Source: Mustelus asterias
Taxonomy: Eukaryota
Reading direction: 5' to 3'
DNA: 64,000 bases
NCBI RefSeq assembly: GCF_964213995.1
Contig: NC_135815.1
Span: forward strand, 2,356,001 to 2,420,000
Part shown: one piece after another, positions 11,285 to 22,989 of the stretch
How positions within the stretch are numbered: the first letter of the stretch is position 1
Layout: each line of letters opens with the position of its first letter
Program-made: the position numbers and the translations under genes
The notes under the pieces: model-generated
What the model was told of the DNA's origin: nothing
The model's input: only the letters and a program-made list of their open reading frames with translations
Database searches by the model: none

Positions 11285-12374
11285 ATGGTTGTAATCTCAG
11301 GATTACTCCCTGTTCCACGTGCCAGTGAGGCTAGAAATAGGAAGATAGTGCAGCTCAACACGTGGCTAAACAGCTGGTGTAGGAGGGAGGGTTTCAGATA
11401 TCTGGACCATTGGGGTCTCTTCAGGGGAAGGTGGGACCTATACAAGAAGGACAGGTTGCATCTAAACTGGAAAGGCATAAATATTCTAGCCGGGAGGTTT
11501 GCGAGTGTCACACAGGAGGATTTAAACTAGTTTGGCAGGGGGGTGGGATCTAAAACAAAGGTGAATTAACTGAAGGAGAACCAGAGAGTAGGACCAGTAA
11601 GACTCAGAGAAACAGCAGGCAGGGTGGGATTGCTAATCAGAGGGTCTGGTGGACTGAAGTGCATTTGTTTCAATGTGAGAAGTGTAACAGGTAAGGCAGG
11701 TGAACTTAGAGCTTGGATTAGTACTTGGAACTATGATGTTGTTACCATTACAGAGACTTGGTTAAGGGGAGGACAGGATTGGCAGCTTAACATTCAAAGT
11801 ACAGATGTTTGAGGCAGAATAGAGGTGGATGTAAAAGGGGTGGGGGAGTTGCACTACTGGTTAAGGAGAATATCACAGCCCCACTACTCTGGGGGGACAC
11901 CTCGGAGGGCTCATACAGCGAGGTAATGTGGGTAGAGCTCAGGAATAGGAAAGGTGTAGTCACAATGTTGGGGATTTACTATAGGCCACCAAAAGCCAGC
12001 GGAAGATTGAGGAACAGATATGTAGGCAGATTTGGCAAGGTGCAAAAGTAACAGGGTTATTGTGGTGGGAGATTTTAACTTCCCCTATATTGACTGGGAC
12101 TCACTTAGTGCTAGGGGCGTGGATGAGGCAGAGCATCCAAGAGGGCTTCTTGAAACAATATGTAGATAGTCCAACTAGGGAAGGGGCCATACTGGACCTG
12201 GTGTTGGGGAATGAGCCCAGCCAGGTGGTCGATGTTTCAGTAGGGGAGCAGTTCGGGAACAGTGGCCACAATTCAGTAAGCTTGAAGGTACTGATGAATG
12301 AAGAAAAGTATAGTCCTCAAGTGAAGGTGCTAAACTGGGGGAAGGCTAATTACAACAATATTAGGCAGGAACTT
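11285..12374 (+). mobile_element. Degenerate CR1 fragment (ORF1 end + ORF2 endonuclease)
   Basis: VVISGLLPVP, DRLHLN, CFNVRS, ITETW; multiple frameshifts. Confidence 0.9.
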
Positions 12375-12688
12375 AGAACATAGAACAGATGTTGTGCCGA
12401 GCTTTATCTGAAACCAAGATCAAGCTATCCCACTCCCTATCATCCTGGTGTGCTCCATGTGCCTATCCAATAACCGCTTAAATGTTCCTAAAGTGTCTGA
12501 CTCCACTATCACTGCAGGCAGTCCATTCCATACCCCAACCACTCTCTGCGTAAAGAACCTATCTCTGATATCCTTCCTATATCTCCCACCACGAACCCTA
12601 TAGTTATGCCCCCTTGTAATAGCTCCATCCACCCGAGGAAATAGTCTTTGAACGTTCAGTCTATCTATCCCCTTCATCATTTTATAAA
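12375..12688 (-). mobile_element. CR1 3' fragment abutting the truncated ERV 5' LTR
   Basis: Near-identical to the CR1 3' end at 44700-44752/47050-47350. Confidence 0.9.
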
Positions 12689-12873
12689 CGATGTGATAAT
12701 GTTCAAATCACCGGTCCATCTATTGTGTAAAGAGTATAAAGATGGACCGCTCCCGACATTTTACTGAGAGAAGGTCTACTACTGACATGTGCCTTGTCTC
12801 CACGGGGCTCCGTTGACTAAATTGTGTTTTCTGAATCTCGAGGTCTGCCTACTAGTGGATTTTTCCCACAACA
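12686..12873 (+). repeat. ERV 5' LTR remnant (most of U3 lost)
   Basis: Matches 20785-20971; ends ...CCCACAACA. Confidence 0.9.
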
Positions 12874-12876
12874 AAT

Positions 12877-12895
12877 TGGCGTAGTCGGCTAGGAT
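12877..12895 (+). promoter_or_regulatory. Primer binding site, tRNA-Ser
   Basis: TGGCGTAGTCGGC(T)AGGAT complements the tRNA-Ser 3' end, with a 1-nt insertion. Confidence 0.85.
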
Positions 12896-13561
12896 CCTAT
12901 TTCTGGTGAGATCGATTGGCCACGATCGCAACCGGGGTAGAGATCGCGGAATCTGTGAGTCAGACTGGATCAAAAAATACAGTTTACAAGGGGGAAACCA
13001 AAAGGATATTTGTACTGTGTATTTGTTATTGTGATAAGTACTAACTGCTGATAGTAATAAGTAACTGTGTTTTGTGCTGATCGACAAAAGGACAAGGTAG
13101 TGCCTGTCTCAAAACCTCTGCCTTAGACTGGCTATTAAGAGCAGAAATCTGCCACGTGAAGGTCAGGAATTGAAGTGAGTGAGAGACACCAAGGGCACTA
13201 AAGGATTGTGAAGCACAAAGGGGCAGAAGTCGGTTTAACATCAAACTCTGTAGTGGCGAACGGACGCAGAGTTGCCATCTGATTGCATGAAAGTATTGAA
13301 AAGTTGGGAACTGTACTGCCAATGTTGTGATAAGTGGGGCGGAACAGGAGTTTGATCAACTCTGACCTAAACCGGACTCCGGTGGAGAAGCACATTGCCG
13401 AAGTGGTAATCGTGGAAGCCGTGAGTATAACTTGAAACCCTGTAACGGCAGTGAAACACGGTGTGAGAATAGCAATAGTGGCCGGGAGTAGTGAAGTCCC
13501 TACGGTAGAGAGCACACTTTACGAAGGAATAATCGTGGCCGGGGTTAATGAAATCTGCGAA

Positions 13562-14900
13562 ATGGCAGATCGTGGAGTTAAAAGGGGATCTGCAGGTTCC
13601 CTGATTGAAATGTACATGACAGACAGGAAGGAGTTAATAAAGAGAATGCAAAAAGATGGCTGGGATACTTCTCAAACCTTAGAGCAGCAGAGAGAGTGGA
13701 TAGATAAAGAAAAAAGAAACAAAACAAAGAAAATAGGAGTAATGTTAACACATCAGTTAGCAGGTCTAATTGAACAAGTAGTTGCCTCTACTAAGAAATG
13801 GAGAGAAGATAAAGAAAGGATTAGAGAATTAGAATCCCGAGTGAGGGAACTGGAAAAGCAAAATCAGGTTTTAGAAAGGCAGTGGGGAGGGGAAACTATA
13901 ATCCTCTACCTTCTTATGAGTCTACCCAGCAAGGACCAACCGCTCTCTCAGAGGAATGGGAAGCGCTAGAACACAACTTAGCACCAATAACTAGAGGGGG
14001 AACAGCAGCGCGACCAAAAGCAAATTATAAACCCTTTACCCCAGTGAGAGACAGCAGATAATGGCTTCCCTGGGTAAATTACAAACTAGAAGTGCGAACA
14101 CTACATTCTGGGAAAAATTAGACACGATCTGGGTAGGACACCAATTACACCGAAGAGACGTACACCAGCTGGTCAGGGCAGCCTATCCAGCGGATAAGTG
14201 GAGGCAGGTAGCAGGTGGACCCGCTGCCCCTATAACACAGGATTATAATGGGGGACGGTGGACACAGGTAATTCCCCTAACAGCAGAGATAGATGCCCAA
14301 CAGGCACCCTTCTTACAGTTTAAAGAAGAAATTCAGAGGATCTTAGGGAATGCTCCCACTAACTGGAGCAGAATTACCACCACAAAGCAACTAAAAGGAG
14401 AAGGAGCTTCTGAGTACGGGGAACGACTGTTCCGGATATACCAAGAGTGCTCAGGACAAGGGAATCCAGGGCGAGGAGATCGAGCGTTCACCCAGGCTTT
14501 TAAGGATGGACTTTCCAGTTCTCACCAGCTCATCCTAAAAATGGGAGTGATTATGTCCCAAGATTATGATGAGCTGGTGGAATGGGCGAGCGGCGTTCCA
14601 GGGGAAGAGAAACCCCAGGCAAGAGCAAGGCTAGAAAGAATAGCAGCCTACAGTAACGGAAATGGAACAAAGCCTAAATTGATTTGCCACAATTGTGGCC
14701 GACAAGGGCACTTTGCGAGGGATTGCGGGACTCCACGGAGAAAGAACAAAGTTGGGAACAGTGGTAAGCATTGCAGCCACTGTAATAAACACGGACATAC
14801 AGAAGCAGTATGTTGGAATAAGCATGGGAGACCCCCAGCCCAATCCATGTCCCCAGCTGAACCGGAGGAACCACAGAACCCCCGTGGTCAGCAAGATTGA
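13562..14900 (+). pseudogene. gag: ERV gag (frameshifted), two CCHC zinc knuckles
   Basis: MHR-like QLKGEGASEYGERL; CHNCGRQGHFARDC and CSHCNKHGHTEAVC; frameshifts ~13890-14045. Confidence 0.85.
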
Positions 14901-15383
14901 CGGTCTGCAGCCCCCGTTCACAAGGGTAAAAAGGAGGGAAGGATTTATGTGTTAGCACTAGTAGGGGGCAGGCAATGTGAGATGCTGGTGGACACAGGAG
15001 CATCCATATCCGTTACCGACCTACCCTTACCCACTACAAATAAACTGATTTATCTGACCGGGATAGGAGGGAACAAAACACCCGCCTACCTGAGCGAGAC
15101 CACGTTAGTAGAAATAAATAATCTGCATATACCAATGAGGTTCTATGTGTGCAAAAATAATGAGGGTTCAATAATAGGGAATGATTTAATGAAAGAATAT
15201 GAGACCTTGATAGACTGTGGGAAGGGAGAATTAATTTGGCCAAGACAGGACGGTCAAAAAACTAGAATAGGGAAACTTACAAGTCACCTCAAAACCATTG
15301 AGGTGGCCACAGTCACCACCAGAAAATGGGAATTAGAGACAGGAGGGTTCAGAAGCAGAGAAAGCTGTAGTAGAGATTGTTAA
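14901..15383 (+). pseudogene. pro: ERV protease, in frame with gag across a TGA
   Basis: LVDTGAS and IIGND motifs; 14061 and 14949 ORFs share a frame with no stop after the TGA. Confidence 0.85.
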
Positions 15384-15390
15384 AGGGTTA

Positions 15391-18300
15391 GTGGAAAGAG
15401 GGATCCTGAGAGAAACCACAAGCATCACTAACTCCCCAACATGGCCAGTGAGCAAACCTGACCGGAGCTATAGGCTCACGATAGATTACACCGGACTTAA
15501 TAAAGTCACGTCCAAGCTGCACCCCATTGTAGCAAGCCCTTCGACAATCCTGAATGGACTGTCACAGGAGCATAAAATATTTACAGTACTGGACATAGCT
15601 AATGGATTCTGGTCCTTACCATTGGACCCTGACTCCCAAAACAAATTTGCATTTACAGTGGGGGACAGGCAGTACACCTGGACCCGTTTACCACAGGGAT
15701 TCCACAACAGCCCCGCTATATTCCATCGAGTGATGAGTGACATCCTAAACAGGGTAGAACTTCCAGAGGGTAACACGACCCTACAATATGTAGACGACAT
15801 TTTAATAGCTTCAGAGTCCAAGTCAGGACATCAAGAAGCCTTATATTTAGTGCTGAACGAATTAAAAGCCACAGGGTTAAAGGTCAGCCCCAAAAAGGCG
15901 CAGATCGGGAAATCACAGGTCCTATACCTCGGGCACCTTATATCCCAAGGACTTAAAGAAATGCCGACGGACAGGAAAGAGGCAATACAACAGATGCCGC
16001 GACCCATAAACATAAGAGGGGTTAGAAAGGTGCTAGGATTATTCAACTACAGCCGGAGTTTCATCCCAGGGTTCTCAAAACTCGCAGAACCCATACAGAG
16101 ATTCGTTAAAGGGGGAAAGCCAGCTTTAGATCCCGTAGAGTGGGGACCCGAGCAAGAAGAGGCTTACAATAAACTAAAAACAGAACTAATATCTGCCCCT
16201 GGACTAGGATTACCTGATCATAGAAATCATAGAAACCCTACAGTACAGAAAGAGGCCATTTGGCCCATCGAGTCTGCACCGACCACAATCCCACCCAGGC
16301 CCTACCCCCATATCCCTACATATTTTACCCGCTAATCCCTCTAATCTACACATCCCAGGACACTAAGGGGCAATTTTAGCATGGCCAATCAACCTAACCC
16401 GCACATCTTTGGACTGTGGGAGGAAACCGGAGCACCCGGAGGAAACCCACGCAGACACGAGGAGAATGTGCAAACTCCACACAGACAGTGACCCAAGCCG
16501 GGAATCGAATCCAGGTCCCTGGAGTTGTGAAGCAGCAGTGCTAACCACTGTGCTACCGTGCCGCCCTGATCTTAACAAGGACTTCCACATTCATTGTAGT
16601 AATGAGGGAGGGTTCTATTCCGCTGTGGTAACACAAGACCATGGTGACAGAAAGAGACCCATAGGATATTATTCCACAGCAGAAGGGCCGGTAGTCACCG
16701 GACAGCGAAGGTGCAGAGCCGCCTTGGATTGTGCCGCCTGGGCTGTAAAGGTTAGCGAGCCAGTCATCATGACAGGGAATATAATCCTTCACACCAAACA
16801 CACCTTGGTGGAAATGCTGAACACAGGAAAACTAAGGTCAGTCTCAAACATGAGAAGGGCTAAATGGGAAGCTGTCCTCCTACCTCCCAGCAAGTCCGTA
16901 ATAATAATAAGGGATACGGGAAATAACCCAGCAGAAGGGATCTTAGACGAAGGAGAGCCACACAATTGTGGGGATGTGGATATGGATGAAGGAGAGGGTA
17001 GGATAAAGGATATGCCCCTGATAACAGCTGAGGAGACCCTCTTTGTGGATGGGTCATGCAAATATGTGGAAGGATCACCACGGACAGGATGGGCAGTGGG
17101 GAATGATAAATTAGAACCAGTAAGGTCGGGTAGAATTGACGGAGGCTTATCCGCACAAGTGGCAGAACTGGTGGCACTCACCCAGGCACTTGAGTTATCT
17201 GAGGGTAAAACGGGAAACATTTATTCAGATAGCCGCTATGCCTTTGGAGTCATACATGATTACATGACAGCTTGGGGAAGGAGAGGGTTCATAACCACGG
17301 GGGGAATCCCTATCAAGCACCAGCAGAGAATTGAGGCATTATTGAGAGCTAGCGAGAGACCTAGAGAAGCCGCAGTAATCAAAATTAAAGTGCACCAGAA
17401 AGAGCCCGGAAGAGATAACCCGGACTGGTTACATTTCAAAGGAAATCAAGGCGCAGATCGGGCGGCACAGTTAGCCCCAGAACAGGAAATAATTGACGAG
17501 TTGCCAATTGCAGCAATAGAACAGACAGGAGCCGAAGGAGACATTCGGGGCTTGCATGAGGATACCCCAAAGGAAGAAAAAGAGAAATGGGAAGCACAGG
17601 GAGCAGTCAAAGGGACCGATGACATTTGGAGACGGGAAGATAAGGTAATGGCACCAGAGTGCATACAAAACACCCTATTGGAGCTACATCATGGACTCTC
17701 ACATGTGGGTAGAGAGGCCATGATAACTAATATCGGGAAGGAGTGATGGTGGAAGGGAATGGGAAGAGATATCGCCCGACACTGTCACCGATGCGTGATG
17801 TGCGCGCAACACAACCCTGGTAGACCCATAAAAATTAAAATGGGACACCAGCCGAGACCAAAGGGACCCTGGGAACATCTACAAATAGATTTCACAGGAC
17901 CACTTTCACAGTCCCATGGCAAAACTTACTGCCTGGTTATCATAGACCAGTTCACCAGGTGGGTAGAAGCGTTCCCTACTTCAAACTGTACTGCTACCAC
18001 GGTGGCTAGGATGTTGGCAGAGGAGATAATCCCAAGATGGGGAGTACCCCTACAAATCGATTCGGACCAGGGAACGCACTTTACTGGAAAGGTGATAAAA
18101 TCAGTATGCCAATTAATGGGGATAAAACAAAAATTTCACATCCCCTACCACCCACAGAGTTCTGGAATGGTGGAACGTATGAACAGAACACTAAAAAATG
18201 CACTAGCTAAAGCCATGCAGACATCAGGGAGAAGCTGGACAGAGGTATTGCCCACTATACTAATGAAATTAAGAGCTACCACGAACCGGACAATTGGATT

Positions 18301-18685
18301 AACCCCTTATGAGCTAATGACAGGACGGGCGATGCAATTACCAGAAAGCATCATAACAGGTGGGACCGATGTCGGTCCACGAAAAGATAAAATCAAGAGA
18401 TACGTTCTGGACCTGAGCACCCAGCTGAAAGGGATGCGCAAATTGGTAAAGGACAATCAGGAAATAAAAGACACAGAGAGAGAGCTGGAAATGCTCCCTG
18501 ACACCCCAACAGCGGGAAGTCGCGTCCGAGTGAAAACACTACCCGACAAACCAGGGTTTGCACCAAAGTGGAATGGGCCGTATGAAATTATAATTAGTGG
18601 GGACACCTGTGCCTGTATAGACATAAGAGGGAAAGGTGTCTGGAAGCACTGGACACAGCTGAAATTATACAAAGGAGATAAGTAG
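15391..18685 (+). pseudogene. pol: ERV pol: RT, tether/RNase H, integrase; disrupted
   Basis: LPQGFHNSP, YVDD; FVDGS/SAQVAEL/YSDSRY; HHCC, QIDF..SDQG..VERMN, GPY motif; SINE insertion and TGA at 17744-17746. Confidence 0.92.
16220..16564 (-). mobile_element. Full-length HE1-type V-SINE inserted in ERV pol
   Basis: tRNA head GCGGCACGGTAGCACAGTGG..GATTCGATTCCC, CR1-like tail, 7-bp TSD CCTGATC; removal restores GLGLPDLNKDF. Confidence 0.9.
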
Positions 18686-18725
18686 CTAAATTGATGAACT
18701 AACAGAACTGCTTTCCTCAACATAG

Positions 18726-20324
18726 GCAAAGACTGCAAGCAAGAGCGGCCGGTGTGCGCGGGTTAATAAATAAAATAACTTGTAAAGATTATAGTGTTAA
18801 GTTTGATATATGACTGTTGCGGATATGTATGTAATCGCGTATGTAACTGTATTATTTTGATTTGTGGCAACTGTAAATTTAACTGGGCTGGAAGATAACT
18901 TGTTTTACAAAGCTCACATACACTTACACGGGAATTGAACTGTATGTTACCCGTTAACACAATCTGTAGAAGCCCTATTTGTAGCCACCCCTGGGTGGAC
19001 CCCTCAGGACTTATATACTGTAGATACATCAGATACACCCTGCAAGGGACAAATTGGCAAATATAAAAAAGGTATACAGGGGAGATGTGTGGGACTTGTA
19101 AACCCCACAGATCCTGCATGCGGGGGGTCCCAACAGGTGGGAGGAAAAGCTTGTTCAGATACTGCAAGCTATCCGCTTTGTTTTACGGGGCAGGGATGGG
19201 GATGTGCCTATGCCTTAGTCCCTAAGAATGATTCTTGTGTACAGACACAGTGTGTCCGTCAACATTGTCGGATTAACAAGGGACAGATTACTTGTATTTG
19301 TGACGAACGGAAATGTTTAAAAATAACCGCGGGAAGACAGCTTATTTGTGGGCAATGCAATGGAACTCACGTAAACTCAGCCAAATGGACATACCCCTTT
19401 GATACTTACCAGGTGGTGGGATCAAACGGGAAGCCAAATAAACTGAACAATTGGCAGTATGAGCAAACTCATAATCGGGACACTAAGTGTTACCGGGCTA
19501 AGAAGGGATATGTGTTCTTCTTCAATGGTACCTACATGACAGAAACGCCAAACCTCCCAAGCCGTTTTGTGGTAGGAACAATCGGACCACTGACTGTTCC
19601 ATGCCCTCAGAAGGGGTACATTCAGAGGAGAATAGTAACTCGGGCTATTAGCAGGGAATTCTGCGCTGACTGGGAAGCCCCGGATACACTGGGATCCTCA
19701 CTGGGGTATGGGTTCCTCGGATCTTTATCTCTGGGGGGGGGGTCAGCCGGGGTAATTGGAGCAAAGAATAGAAACCATATTGTTTGTGGACTAACAATCC
19801 TGGGAAACAGCACTTCAAAAGCACTGGAGGCTGTTAACCAAGAAATGGCTGAACTGAGATTGTATGCTCAGCAGACACGATATGCAGTGGACTACTAGTT
19901 AGCACAACAAGGGGGAGTATGTGCAATCATAGGTAACAAATGCATAACCCATGTCACAGATGAGTCTTACAACATTACACAGGTCATCAATGACATCAGG
20001 AAACAACTTGATAACTTCAGACAGGGACCCAATAGAGGAAGTAGTTGGCTGGCATGGCTCGTGGGGGGGTCCTGGGAGTCGTACCTGTTACATGGATTGG
20101 TCATACTCATTGTCATTATAATTGTCTGTTGTCTGACTGTTGGATGCCTTAAAGTCTGTTTTAAAGTAATGTTGACAAGAATTGTGCCAGGAGCCAGTGT
20201 GTACATCGAAGAAGAGCCCCTAATGAAGATCCCTGAAGACATCGGAAGAAATGAAGACATCGAAAGAAATGAAGACATCGAAAGAAACAAAGAAGGAGAG
20301 AAGAACGAAAATTTGTATATGTGA
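18726..20324 (+). pseudogene. env: ERV env (Cys-rich SU, TM with ISD and membrane anchor); disrupted
   Basis: Splice-acceptor-like CTAAC..CATAG at 18699-18725; QQTRYAVDY*LAQQGGVCAIIGNKC; hydrophobic anchor LVILIVIIIVCCLTVGCL. Confidence 0.85.
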
Positions 20325-20369
20325 ATGTATGATTGTTGGTCTGGGGATTGTGGAAGCTATAATCCGACC

Positions 20370-20381
20370 AAAAGGAGGGAC
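20370..20381 (+). promoter_or_regulatory. Polypurine tract
   Basis: AAAAGGAGGGAC immediately before TGTAAG. Confidence 0.75.
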
Positions 20382-20971
20382 TGTAAGGGGAAAATGTAAG
20401 GAAAGCACACTTTAAAATGGCTGCCTGGCACATAAAAAGTTAACTGGGAAAGGAGCCATAAAGCAGACACCGGCTTCCACTGATACAGAGAGCACTTTAA
20501 ATCAAACCTAACAGACAAGCCATTTCTAAATCACAGACAGTGACTTAAAGTAAACAAACACCTCAGGAAGTCAAGCCAAGGGTCGAGACATCTTTTCGAT
20601 AAGGAAAACCCCAGACAAAGGGAATAGATTAGCCATAGGAAGAGCGGGAAAATATGAATGCGGGGAAACCAATTAACACCTGAATGAGCCAAAACCAACC
20701 ATTGATAGATACAGACATAGGAAATGTACCCCATTCATAAGAACAATACTATGTTAAATGTCTGTATCTGTTTGTATCTGCCTAAAACAATGTGATAATG
20801 TTCAAATCACCGGTCCATCTATTGTGTAAAGAGAATAAAGATGGACCGCTCCCGACATTTTACTGAGAGAAGGTCTACGACTGACATGTGCCTTGTCTCC
20901 TGGAGCTCCGTGGAATAAATTGTGTTTTCTGAATCTCGAGGTCTGACTACTAGTGGATTTTTCCCACAACA
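20382..20971 (+). repeat. ERV 3' LTR (~590 bp)
   Basis: TGT...ACA termini, AATAAA at ~20914. Confidence 0.88.
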
Positions 20972-21123
20972 CCATCCCTCAGGGTCCCTGGAGAAGGTGG
21001 TGGTGAACTGCCTTCGAGAAACACTGCAGTCCATGGAGTTAACTTTTCTGAACTATTTGTGTTTCTCACAATCTGAAGCAGCTGTGGGAATGAGAATGGG
21101 GAATGTCTGCAACATTAGAAGAG

Positions 21124-22760
21124 TGTGATGATACTGTGCCTTTAAGAAATGTATTTGTGTCTTGTTTCTTGTGCAGGATGTTCTTTGCAGTCAGTTCTAT
21201 GTATCGGTGCCACTTTGTCTGTAACTGGCAGCCCACATGTTGATGCTGCAGATGCATAATTGATCCGAATTGCTGGATCTCTGTCCAGAAGTGTTAAGAG
21301 TCTGGAAACCTCGCATCCACATGAGCTATATATTTTGTGCTAACTGATTCTGAAGAAGGATGTGTGTCTTTGGGGATATTGCTTAAATTGGCATGATAGA
21401 GATAGATTGCAGTTCAGAATTATACCTTGTCATGTTTAAAGTTCAAAGAAGAACAAAGAAAAGTACAGCACAGGAACAGGCCCTTCGGCCCTCCAAGCTT
21501 GTGTTAATCATGATGTCCAAACTAAACTTTAAAAAAAACCTTCTGTATCCCTCTGTTCCCTCCCTACTCATGTCCCCATCCAGATGCTTCTTAAACATTG
21601 CTAATGTGCCTGCTTCCACTGCTTGCTCTGGCAGCGCGTTCCAGCACCCACTGTGGAAGTTAAATTGTTAAAACTAAGGTTGCATAAGTCTCTGTCAGCC
21701 AATGGGAAATCAGCATACAGGCCTTCAATGGGGTCAGTGCTTGTGTATTTCGCATGAACGGCTGGCCTTCACCTGCATAAAGCCCATAAACTTTCTGTTT
21801 TTGGCCTTCACCAAGGGCAAGATATGGGACATGCGATACAAATGCGGGATTAGCAGGAGACAGTTTTCATCGAATAAGAAAGGGTGAAAAGCTCGGGTCT
21901 GATTGGTGAATATGTATGCAAATGAAGGATTGGAAAAATTGCTTGTTTCTCATTTGCTGTAATTAACTATAATCGCCAAGTTGTTTGGATGTAACTTCAG
22001 AAACATTCTGCAGAGGACTGTTTCACCTCGTGCACAAGTAATTAAAGATTGTAAGATCGAGTTCTCATTGTGTCTCGCACTGTTTGTTCCCAAGTCGATG
22101 ATAGGAGCTAATAGTGCCTCATGTTGCTGGTACCCTAGATCACCCACATCACCACTCTCTGCATGAAAAACTTCCCCCGTTCATCTCCCTTAAACTTCCT
22201 CCCTCTCACCTTGAACCCGCATCTTCCTTGTAATTGACACTTTCACCCTGGGAAAATCCCTCTGACTCTCCACCCTGTCTGTGCCTCTCATAGTTTTGTA
22301 GACCTCTATCAGGTCTCCCCTCAGCCTCCGTCATTCCAGTGAAAACTATCCGAGTTTATTCAACCTCTCCTCATAGCCAACACCCTCGAGACCAGGCAAC
22401 ATCCTGGTGAACCTTCTTTGCATTCTCTCCAAAGCTTCCACGTCCTTCTGGTCATGTGGCGACCAGAACTGCACGCAATACTCCAAATGCGGCCCAACTA
22501 AGGTTTATATAGCTGCAACATGATTTCCCAACTCTTGTACACAATCAGTATGTCAATTAGTAAAAGTTATGTTCATTCTTTTTGTTAAATTCAAACTGTG
22601 TTGTTAAATAAAGTTTGTTTTAATAAAAGCTTCCTGTTGGGTTAATAGAATCACACCTGGAGTGAAACATCTTATCCTCACACGAATGCCCAAATCAAAT
22701 AAACTTGGGATCTGGGCTAACTTCACAATCTACCTCGGAGTTTCTGAACTGGTCCCTAAC
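21124..22760 (+). mobile_element. Solo LTR (same family as 8224) with nested CR1 fragments
   Basis: Starts TGTGATGATACTGTGCCTTTAAGAAA, the reverse complement of the 9360-9386 end; CR1 pieces at ~21445-21650 and 22150-22540. Confidence 0.6.
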
Positions 22761-22989
22761 TGGAGGCAGTCAGACATTTAAAGGGGCCGGACCCCCCACA
22801 GATCAACAGAACCACAGCCTTTTGGGTCTCTGAAAACTGAGGCCTCTCTCCAGGGAATGGGTCCGGGGGGTCAGATTGGGGTCAGTGGTGTCTCTTCCCT
22901 CCACTCCCTGAATGCAGGATCTTTCCTGCTGCCATCTTCAACATGGTGGGTACGGGAGTGGGGGTAACTGGGGAAGAAGGGACCTGTTC

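Larger units (their letters stand above)
12686..20971 (+). mobile_element. Endogenous retrovirus, near full length, defective
   Basis: LTR-PBS-gag-pro-RT-RNaseH-IN-env-PPT-LTR order. Confidence 0.95.

Noticed and set aside
16490-16564. tRNA gene
   Set aside because: tRNA-derived SINE head, not a complete cloverleaf
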